A stretch of DNA of 52,621 bases from an uncultured Planctomycetia bacterium. Its GTDB lineage: Bacteria > Omnitrophota > Gorgyraeia > Gorgyraeales > Gorgyraeaceae. Within the stretch, counting starts at the first letter, position 1, and every line of letters starts with the position of its first letter. The notes beneath the pieces were generated by a model. It saw nothing but the letters and a program-made list of their open reading frames with translations. It had not been told where the DNA came from and did no database searches. The position numbers were made by a program, and so were the translations under genes. The DNA lies in assembly GCA_964445715.1 (NCBI GenBank), contig CAYULJ010000001.1:1-52621 (forward strand), given 5' to 3'. Shown here piece by piece: positions 12,501 through 24,500 of the stretch.

Positions 12501-15500
12501 AAGAGCGCACAGATGAGATGAACAACGTAATATCGACTATCCAGGCCGAGATTCTTGCAGAAGCGACCAGGGATGAGTTGGCGGGTAAGACATATCCTGA
12601 GCAGCATACGACATACCAGATCCAATGGAATGATGGCCAGATCATACTTTTTGATCTTAGTTATTGGGTTGCAAACCAAACTCCCTATGCGCAGGAAGTG
12701 GCAATAATAAATCCAGTCACAGCTGAGGTTATAAAGGTAGGCCCGATCTATGGCGAGAGATTGAATTTCGCAGGTAATGTATATACCCTGCCAGAGGGTA
12801 GTTCATATGCGGATGGCGAGAATGAAGCTGGCCAGTACTTTACATGGAGGATATCAGAAGCAAGTGCAGATTCTATAACAGCAGAACTTGTGCGTGAATT
12901 TGAAGTGGCTTTATCTATAGTCCCGCAGGAAGCTCTTGATATTGCAAGCGGTTTAGGAGTTACGGTTACCAAGGCGCACACCAAGGAATACGGCACCTTG
13001 ATCCTTACTCCCGGCACAGACGGCATTTTAGGGAATGGTGATGATGTCTCTATCCCGGACTGGAAGAGAGAAGATTTCTTTATATATGGCGAGCCCGAAG
13101 AGCTTGGAAGCGGCCTGATAAAGATCGCGGCTATACCAGGAGATGATTCTATAGAGCCATACGTTGTGTATCAGGAAAGAACGGTTATAAATGGTATTGA
13201 ATATTTCACTACATATAGAGAGATGCCGGATGGGACGGGTTGGCTTGTTACGCCAGGCAGGTGGCCAGAGGCGACTATGAAGGTCGTCTTGCCGGATGGA
13301 ATGGACATCGCTCATCCAGATGTCCTCAGTGAACTGAAGAAACCAGAAAATGTAGTGGAGTATTATGGGCTTTCAAAACCAATCGGCGAAGGTGGCCTTA
13401 TGGAGATAGAGATCATAACAGGCCCGAATGACCCGAATAGATTCGAGGGTGAGAAGCGCACTATCTACCGCGATGCAGAGATGAATACATATACGCTGGC
13501 AGAGGATGGAATCGGTTGGAATGTTACACTGCGTGGTGCATTGGACGTGTCTATGTATATAGTTTTGGATGAGGGTAAAGACATCTCTGATATCACTCCA
13601 GTAGCAGGCCAGACTATTATGGATGCATTACAAGAGAATGCAGTGGAGAGACATTTGTATAATTATGACGCAGGGTATGTAGTAGATGGCAGATTACAAG
13701 TAATCGGAATTACAAAAGAAAAAAGAGACGTTCCTGCAGATCCATGGGTGGAAGATGAAGTATTTGTAATGTATAGAGACAAAGAAGATGATACTACTTA
13801 TAGACAGGAAGAAGATGGCCCTGGTTGGTATGTTACACCTAAGGGAACAGATGATGCCTCGATGTATATTGTTTTGGAAGAAGGGAAAGATATTTCTGGT
13901 ATCGCTCCAGTAGCAGGCCAGACCATTCCGGAAGCATTAGAAGAGAGTGCTATAGAGATAGACACATATAATTATGGAGCACTTGTAGCAGGAGAGAGGT
14001 TGCGAGAAATTAATGTTATAGAAAAAGAACGCAGCGCCCTTGGCGATAGCTGGCAGCGAGAGGAAAGTTTCACTATATATAGAGATGCAGATGGCGTTAC
14101 TTACAGAGAGGCAGAAGACGGTATTGGCTGGTATGTTACGCCTCGTGGCGGATTAGACGCCTTGATGTATATTGTCTTGGCTGGAGGCCAGAGCATCGTT
14201 GATATTGTCCCAGCAGCAGATCAGACTGTTCTTCTAGCGCTGGAAGAGAATGTTATAGAAAGACATTTGTATAATTATGACGGAGGATATGTTGCAGGCG
14301 GCAAGCTGCAGGTAATCGAGGTTACAATAGAAAAACTAGGTATTCCTGATGAAGCATTTACTATATATAGAGATGAGGATCGTAATACCTATAGAGAGGC
14401 AGAAGACGGCACTGGATGGTATCGCACTCCGACTAACGGACTGGTACATCAAGCAGACGCAAAGATAACCTTACCTGATGGAGTAGATATTAACGATGAA
14501 GGTGCGTTGGAAGAATTAAGGAAAGAGAGCAATCTAATAGTCAAGTATGGTTCTTGGGTGAGTTTATCCGATGAATTAGCTGTGCAGAGAAACACTTGGG
14601 GGCCTAGCGCGCCAGCAGGAAAGGCGCCTGGTGAGATTGAAGCGCTTTATAGGCTTAGCGTAATAGGCAAGTACATAACTGTAAAAAGCCCTGAGCAACA
14701 GTCGCATCAGATCAGCTCACCATATTATGGATTATGGGAGATAGTTTTATCAGGCGATGACCCATTCGAATATACCTCATATTTTATCCCGGCTTCGAAT
14801 GTGGATATAGAAGCGATAACTGATTTTAAGGCGTTGTTTATGGCCATGGATGATTACGCCGAGAAGCGCATGGAATGGATAAATGGCGAAATTACAGACG
14901 ATGAGATTCTCGCTGCGTTTGACTTGTTTAAAGAGACATTGCTGGATATAGGAGGGATTACATTCCCGGCAGATTTTGACAATGTAGCTGATGTTGCTGA
15001 AGACAGCAGATTAGTGCCGCGGGTAGGCAAAAAGGAAATTACAAGTATCACAGAAGGCGTTATCCCCTCCAGGGAAGAGCCAGAACCAGAACCTCAGGAA
15101 GTTATTGAACCTATTACAATTGACGAGGCCATCGGAGTAGCAAGGCAGACTCTGGGTATCACGCTCGCTCTTGACCAGGCAAAGGAAGAAGATGGATGGC
15201 TTGTATGGGATTTTCCCAGGACTTTTAGAAAGGATATTGAACTTAGGCTTAGCCTTAACTCCTCTGATGATGGGATTATTTATGGTCAATTAATTACATG
15301 GGATTATTTGCATCAAAACAGTAAAATGTTGGTGGCCCAGATTCGGCCGGATGGGGTTATGTATATTGATGCTGGAATATCGTGGATGCCGGCATATACA
15401 TTAGGCATTATGACAGCCCTTGATGTCCAGCAGGATGATATTTCAGATACGGGTTGGGATATCAGGTATGACGCTTTTTCTGACGAGCTTAGATGGCTTC

Positions 15501-18500
15501 ATGGGATAGGTGAAGTTGTGTCTGTGACTCAGGATGTTTTCGACGGGCCTTATGAGCTCCATTTAACTACGCGCTGGTTCAAAGAAGCTACTATTACGAT
15601 GGACAATGACCCTCGCATAGCAGGTTTTATACCTATAATATATGCGCTCCGGGACCATGGCGTAGAAGAAGCTACCCTGGCTCTAGAGGAAGGGGAAGGC
15701 AGTATTAAAGTAGATCAAGGTGGGACCTTGACCATACAAGGCGGCAATGTCATTAAAATTGCGCCGACTGAGAACGAAGGCGAGTATCTAGCTACTGTAA
15801 ACGATAGAGAGTATAAGGTTATAGTAGAAGGCGACGGCACAATCACAATCGAGGGAGAAGCGGCTATAGAAGAAGGCGCGTTTATGCCAGACTCTTTCGG
15901 AGTAGGTCTTGGCGCAGGCCTGAATTTTACCCTGCCGGCCTTTTTAGGATTTATTGAGTTGCTGCAGGATGTATTGCAGCCAGAAGAGCCGGAATATATA
16001 CCGCTGACAGGTTTTATAGAGAATCCGTCAGCCTCGGATGAATTCTTTCTTGATCTGCGCTTTCTGGACCTGGGCATTCCACAAAATGATGACGGAAGCT
16101 ATGATTTAAGTCAATATGATCTTGTTATAACATTCGAAGGGGGGTCGGGCAGGAAGGTGCAGTTTTTCTATAAGGATATTGACTGGGGGAATCTTTATTC
16201 ATCCAGAAAACAAATTAGAAGCGGAGAACCTCTTATATTTAATACAGAATCTGATTTTACAGAGGTAAGAGGAGCGGATCTCACGCATGTAGCTGCAGTT
16301 GGCGCAAAGCTATTCGGTAATCTAGGCCTGAGGGGTGTGACTATTGAGAATGCCGGGTTAATGCTTAGGAGGATCGATGATGAGGTTCCGGTAGAAGATG
16401 TGTCAGAACCGGATATAAATATAGGAGATTTTATTAGTGAGCATCCATTGTATACAGCAGGCAGTGCTGCTCTGGGAGTCCTTGCTGGCATTGGCGCAGG
16501 GATCGGTGCCGCAGCCCTGTTTACTTCAGCGCCTATATGGGTGCCTGTTGCTGCAGGAATACTTGTGGGCGCAGGAGTTATTGCCGGCAGTTATCTTATA
16601 GGTCAGGCGATATTCAAAGCAGAAGACCTGGAACCAGAGGGGGCTACATTCAAAGTACAACCAAGACTTGTCATTGCGAGGAGCGTAAGCGATGAAGCAA
16701 TCTCTTCTTCTGTCCTGGCAATGTCAGGAGCAGGGATTTTTGCAGGAGCAGGTTTTACTGAAACGCTCGCAGGCGCATATGATATAGTGAGCGGCTATAT
16801 CTTCTCCAAGCCTCAAGAGGAACCAGAGCCTCCTACAGGCACTCATGATATCCCGTTGGATGGTTGGCGTATTGGAAATCCTGGCTTTGGGACAGCTATT
16901 ACTAATGTAGCGCGTGAAGGCGATACACTCCGTCTGACAGTGGCGAGGTCTTCTGATAAGAAAGGTGAGATCTGGATACCGGCTGATATATTATGGGAGG
17001 CCATGGGAATTGAAGGGCCAGTGGATCTAAGTGGGATAGAAGTGAATATGGATGTTCAATCTCAAGGCTCAGGACAGTATGGGCTGCAGGTAGCGTTTCA
17101 CAATGGAACCCTTGGATTTAAAGCGCATAACTATTTTGGGTGGCAGGTTACAGGAGGCAATCAGGAAAGCGTATGGAGAGGATACGAAGATCTCCGCGAT
17201 TGGGTGGATCTTTCTACCTATGATCCTGACAATGTAACATATTTATCCATCAAAGTCGATAACACCAAGGGCTTTACAGGAGACATTGTGCTGAGTAATC
17301 TTCAGATTACATTCCCGGAGGAAGGGATTGCGCTGCCAGAGCTGGAACCGCGTCTCACTGACACAGAGGTTATAGATCCGTTTGAAGGAGAACTCTCTCA
17401 AAATATAGGTGTAAATTTAGGCAATACAGGTGGCCACGATATAGGTATTTGGTCCGGGACACATGAGGGCTTCTCTTCGACAACTGGTGAGGCTAGATTG
17501 CGTAATTTGGTCGCAGATCTTCCGGAGGGCACTGCGGTGCGTGTGTTCTTAAGTCTGGATGGCAGGGCGCGATTTGTAAACGCAGACGGACAATTGACAG
17601 ATGTTGCCCGAGCTGACTTAGATACATTAATACAAGTCTTTCGGGACAATAATTTAAAATTGATCCCTGTTTTGATGAGTTTTGATGTTGCAAATAGTAG
17701 CGGAGTAGCAGACCATCCTGAATGGTTTGAAGATCAAAAAGAGCGCCAAAATATGATAGCTAATTATGCTAAGATGGTAGAATACTTGGCTAATCTGGAT
17801 CCTCAGCATGAAGTAATCGCGGCATGGGAGCTTATTAACGAGCCTGAAGGCATGAAGGTGAATCCGCAAGACATAGCTGTTACGCTTATTGAGCTTACCA
17901 ATATGATCCGCGAGATCGATCCTGAGATACCTATAACAGTAGGTATGCGCAATGTAGCTACGTTATTGCAGGAAGGCTCGGTGCTTACTGAAACTGTATT
18001 AACTGTGTCTGACTTCCTGCAGGTGCATCATTACGAAAATCCGAGTGAACTGCGATCCTATGATTTAGGAGAAGAAATTGGTTTCCCTGAGAGAGATACA
18101 TGGATAGAACGATTGACTGCTTTGGCAGAGGCGCATTCAACATTGCGGATTTATGTCGGGGAGTTGGATCCCTGGATCTCTCCAGAAGAGGTAGCCCATG
18201 TTCTGGAGATGGCAGGAGTGGATGGCGTGGCTGTCTGGGGACTGCATAGCTTCGCGGAGGGAGACGGACGCTATTCGCAGCGTCTTGCTGAGCGCGGAGG
18301 CTTTATTGGTTGGCAACAAGAGGTTCTGCAAGGGCTGTCCGAAGCCGAACAAGTTATTCCAGTTGAAGAAGAGATCCTTTCTCCTCCTATTAGTGTACTA
18401 CCCGAGCTTAAGATAGACAGTAATTTCCGGCTTATGAAAGGAGAAGAAATAGGCATTGTCTCTTTATCCAGCGAAGAGGACTATTTTATAACAGATGAAT

Positions 18501-21500
18501 ACGGGAATATATACTCACCCAGAGGGAATTACATCGATGTTATAAGTCCACGTGACGAGCGAATTTCTCTGACCTATATTTTCGAAGATGCAATAGATGT
18601 CGAGGGACTTGCCCTTTCAGAGCTCGGAGATATTATAAGCGATAACATAGGATACTTTATTTACGCCTATGATAGATCAGCTGTGCTTCCCGAGGGAACT
18701 GTCGTAGTTACAAGGATAGAGTATGATGTCGAGGGCGACCAGGTTGGTGAATCTACATGGTATCTTTTCAGCAAAGATTTATTAGGTCAGTTTGAACGAA
18801 GAGCGGAAGAATTCTTTGGTCAGGATTTAGACATTAATAATCCTGAGCACGAAAACATGCTCAATGCATTTACGGCATTCGCTATCAATGTAGGCGATGA
18901 GCGTTTGAGCACCGCCTTGACAAGTGCCCGAATTCTAAGGCCGTTCTTTAACGAAATCTGGAGCGCTAGCTTAGAAGGCTTTGATTTTGGTGATGAAGAT
19001 AGACTTTCCACGCTGTTTTACTGGACAACAGAATTGGCCTTTGACAAGGATGTTGCGCGTGAGCCAGAGGAAATCGAGGCGATCCTTGTCCGCGCTAGAG
19101 AGCTAAGGCCTATTATTGTCGAGCGTCTATCAGGGTTATGTAATGAGTATGGCCTTGATAAAGCAATAGACGCGATCGAACAGCTTGATACATCAACGCA
19201 TGCTGGCAAATATGCTTTTTCATTGATCATGTACCACGCTTCTAATGAGACCGAGATCAACACAATACTCACTAGCAACATAGAAAGGCTGCTTGCCCTA
19301 AAGTCTATAGTAAGTCCAGAAGACTATGAGACCATAGAAGCGCAGGAGCTTGACAGAATCACGCAGGAAAATATAGATGGGCTTACGCAGGAGGTAGGCA
19401 GGTTTAGTGGACCGCTTAGTGTGACTGAGACATTCGAAGGATTTGTCTATGGAGAAGTCAATAATCTCCAAAAGGCTGTTAGTGAAGGGGGTCTTACTGA
19501 TCCTGTTACGATAGAAACGTGGCAGAAAGTTATCTACGCATACATTCAGGCATATACTGTTGTCTCTAGAAGTAAATCTATGGGGCAGGAATTTACAGGG
19601 AGCCCTGAAAGACTTATAAGCGGAGTCCTTTCTATCCTTGAGAATACACAGGTATCTGGCGAACCACATAATCTCATGACCCTTACGAATTTAATCTTTG
19701 AAGGCAGAGACATCGAAGGCGTATCTTTTGAAGATCTGATAGAGCTAGATGCAGATAATCCTGTTTGGATATATGAGTTTGATGAGCCTATGGACTTAAG
19801 CGGAGCAGGTTTAGTCCTGCCGATGAGGATTGAAAATCAGGGCTCAGCCTATGCACGCATAACTGTATTTGACGAGACAGGAGGCGTTGCCTACGCAGAT
19901 GTGTTCCAGATCCTTCCCGCAGGTTCTAAACTGCCTGAAACTGCAGAAGAGGTGTATTTCAGGTTTTTTGCACCTAGCGCAAGCGGGTTAAATGCATTGG
20001 CAGCTCGCATACAGATAGAGGTATTGGACGGGTATGCGGATGTGATTGATGAACAGACTAACTTTGCGCAATTAGAGTATATCCAGGGGTGGATTTCGAA
20101 TAATTCTGACATAACCCTTGCAACCGTAGTTCCATTAGGACAGATCCGGCCAACAATAGAAGTCGCAGGAGAGGGTTTCAGGAGAGACCTTGACGGAGAT
20201 GGCGCCTTAGAAGACTGGTTTATCATAGGAGGCAACTGGAGGCCGCTTGGCTATGGGAATATTTCCGAAGTCGTAGATTATGAGGATATTATTGATGATG
20301 CAATAGCTGAAAAGGCGCAGGACGGCTACAGCGTACTCAGGGTAGGATTATTAGATGACGGCCGGGCTTTTTTTGACGGCGACAGGGACAAGATCATAGA
20401 GAGCGCTCTCTCGCTTTTAAGGCTGGCTAACAAGAACGGCGTAATGATAGAGTTTACACTCGCAGATTTTCTTATGTTCGCAGAGCATCCAGAGGCTATA
20501 AGCAATGCTGAAGTAAGTGACTTTTTAGAGGAATTACTTGAGAGGATAAATAAAGACCCAGAGGCAAAAGCAGCCTTGTTTGGATTTGACCTCTTAAATG
20601 AACCAGAGTGGCTTATAGATGATGAGGATTCAATAATAGTAAATGATGAAGACGGAATAATAACACAGGAAGAAATCGAAGTCTATGTAACGAATAACTC
20701 AGCTGTTATTAGAAGCTTAATACCCGAGGCATTCGTAACTGTAGGCATATCAGCGGATAAAGCGGATCTCTTGAATAATGTGCAGAATCTCCTTGATTAT
20801 AACGCAGTGCAATACTACGCCTATATGGGTGATTTCTCCGGACTTATAGGTGCCCTTCCGCAGGATAAACCATGGATCTTAGAAGAGTATCCTACAAGAG
20901 ATGAAGGTCGTCCTATTGATCCTTCATTCTATCTTGATATGGTCAGAGACACTAGTGGTGCAGGCGCATTTGTATGGCAATTGGAGCCGGCACGCAGGCC
21001 TTTAACCCCGGATACCAGAGTAATGATACAGAACTTCCGTCTCCGTGAAGTTGACCGGGTTGAAGGAGTGATACAGGATGAATTTAATATTTCTCTGAAT
21101 AGAGATCTACAGATCAATGATACCCCAGAGCTATTGACTCATGACCCAGGCTACGGCCGATTATTCTATAGGCTGAATAAAGAAGGAGAACTAGTTAATC
21201 TGATAGATAGGCTTCTTAATATCACAGGCATTGCGCCGAGGCAGGCTGATTTAACAGAGCCTTTAGAGATATACTTGATAGACGAATGGGGCAAAGAGCA
21301 TCTTATAGGAAAAGCAGAAGCTAACCCTGACGGCACTTTCTCTCTCGAAGATACGCAAACATGGCTTGCAGATTCAAGGATCCAGAATATCCAGATGATA
21401 GAGCTCAGGTTTACCTATAAATCTGTAATGCCATCAGCCTGGTGGGCTTATGGGTCTATCTTTACAGCTTTCATTATAAATCTCATCGGTACCTTTCTAA

Positions 21501-24500
21501 GGGTTTTATCCCAGTATCTAAAGTATCTTGAAAGAACTAAAGATTATCCTGGTAAGCCAAAGACGCTAAGAGCCAGGATATCGAAGTTATTAAAGGCCCT
21601 TATTTTTAAAGTAGCAAAAAAGCCTGATAAGCCAAAACCTGCAATAGATCTACCATTGCCAGATGAGGTTCAACCAGTTACTCTAAAGCCGAAAGACATA
21701 GATGACAATGTGCTTATCGATCGTGTGCGCGAGGCAGCCAAGGCTATCTGGGACTGGGTAGATGAGATGCATGTGGACTTCCGTGCGATAGGACATCAGC
21801 AGGAGGATGAAAATAAGTTCTTGCCATGGATGCGTAGCCCGGAGATCTGGCAGACTGCTGACCACAAGATCGCGCCTCGCTATTCGCTTCGTCCTGCCCG
21901 CAATGTAGTCCTGCTCGCCTTGATAGCAAGTCTATTGGCATTAAATGACTATTCTGGCGCATTGACCTGGATCTTTCCAATACTTGTACTTTTAACAGCA
22001 TCAGGTTGGTTCAACTGGCGTAAATTCAGGGACTGGACAGTGTATGGAGGCCTGACATTTACCGTATTACATCAACTCTTGCCTTTATTCGGCGTAGGCC
22101 ATGAGATGATAAGCCTGGCTTTTACAGTAGCTGCGCTTTTCTTATATGCGGCATCACCATTTTTTAGATACATAGATACTATCCGAAGGCCTCAGGTGTA
22201 TGTCGAAAACCAGCGCGATAGGCTCGAGACGCTCCACAGCATCCTGCATATTATACAGAATGGAAGCGAGGAACTTGAACAATTAGCTGTATTAATACCT
22301 GATGATGTCAAGCCTAGTGGTTTGGAAGGAAAGATGTTAGCAATAGTGAGAGGAGAGGTTCCTGTTAGACTGGATACGTTGCCTGCGGGTATCGAATTTC
22401 CTGAGAATATAATTTATAAGGGTAGATATCTTATTCTTGAAGGCGTGATGACCCGCGAGCAATACAAGATCTTAAAATCATACTCTTCTGACGATATGTC
22501 TTATCAGAAGGCAGTTGACAGGTTACTTGCATTCTCCAATGCCAAGAGATATATGAAGGCCAGGGCGTATTGGTATGGAGAAGGAAGAGGAGGAAGTAGA
22601 TGGAAATGCTGGAAATTCACGGGTAAACAGGCAAAACAACACCTTGCAGCTGTTGCAAAAAATCCTGACCTTTTACTTCCCTATACCAATGACCTCAGGC
22701 GATGGAGACGCTCCCATGCGTTTGGCAGGCAAGAGGTATTTGCCATACTTAGAGTACTGCCGTCTGAAATAGATACTGATGCTGGTCGTCGTCTTCTTCA
22801 CGCATCAGGTGTCTGGCATGATGCCGACAGGGGCCAACTCATGACATTTGGTCCAATGACAGAAGCTCAGCGTGATGACTTATTAGCTCTTTCAGCCGAT
22901 GCAGATTACCAGGATGCGATTCGAGAGATTTTTGATACGTTGCAGAGACAAGACCGAGGTCCAGAGGGACATTATCTGCTCGGCGGTGGCATAGAACAGG
23001 CAGAGCCATTCTCTGCTACCCTTGATCGAGCTATTACAGAACTTGAAGGCGCTGGAGATGCAGAGGGTCTGCTTGATCGCCGTGTTGGAGAAGTCAGCAT
23101 AACTAGACCATTATTAACGTCTTTAGGCTGGACTATTCCTGTAATAGTTGTAGGAATAGTAGGTATGATCTTCGCCCCAGCCATATTAGGAGCAAGTACA
23201 GTTATTATTATACCGGCAGCTACACTGCTTGTATCAATAATGGTATTTACAAGGACGCTCAGTCGCGAGATAGAAAAACAAATGCTCATCAGGCCTGCAT
23301 TGGATATGCGCAAGATCCTGGTGGAGAACTTCAGGATCATCTATAACAATGAGACTGGCTCAGGGTTGGTGGCCTTTGATGCCTGGCGTACGCTTATGGA
23401 AATCGCAGCAGCCATGAACCGCAGTAAGAAAGATATTAGAGACAAGGCAGGTCCTGCTGGCTATAAAGAAAAAGATGTGAAAAAGATAGTGCAGGAGAGC
23501 CTTAATGATATAAGGATAGCAATGACAAGCGTGAGAGACTCTGCGATTGCGCGCTGGTTCATTGATTCCTTTCATCTATCAAGGTACCAGGGCTTTATTG
23601 GCCGCACACGCGCTATACTGCGCAATGCGTTCTGGCTTTTTGTGTTTGGCTCAGCTGTTTATGTGACAGGGTTGCTGGGTATTTACGCAATAACAGAACT
23701 CTCTGCATTCTTGAATCTTGGTCACTTGCTGCCATTTGAGGAGATATTTGCCCGTCCTTTTGCAGTATTAGAGATAGCAAAGCTTTTAATACAAAATGTC
23801 CCTCATGCCATAGTTGATAGAAATCTGGGGATCATTTTTAATGACATGGCGCCGTGGCTTGTGTTTGCCTTTAGTCAGACATTTCTGGGCATGGTGATAT
23901 TTGGCGCCCTTACCCTTACCATGGGGAAATTTACATTCTACTTTCTTGGAAGCTTTGCAAAGCTATATCCTGATGAGGAAAATGTAACAGAAGGGCATTT
24001 TGTGAGGCTTGGCGCTATGGCATTGATAGCAGCAGGGGTCTTAATAATCCCAGGAGCCGGATGGATCTTGCTTCTAACAAAGACATTTGCCGGATTTGCG
24101 TTGCTTGCTTCTTTATACATGTTCCCTATACTTTTAAAAGCGCGTAGCAGATTTAAAGGCATTGGCCAGGATGATAAGCTTCAGAGTACAAAGGCTTCAT
24201 TTGAAGACTTTGTGAGGACAGTGTTGCAGCGCTATGATTCAAAAGAGATAGATGCTATTCTTAAAACCGGGGATCTGAGCCACTCTGAGCGCAGGCGCTA
24301 TGAAAGAGCATTAGGTAAAGGTGCAGTTCCATCAGGAGTAGAGTATAGAATGGATATCCCATTAAGGGATGCGATTAATGAGGCATTTGGACAATTGACT
24401 GCAGAACAAATCCTTACACGTATGTCAGGAGCTGGTTTTAGAGAACTTAAAGACTATTTGCGAAAACAAGGTACTGAGATAGATAATGAAGCAGAGCTAT

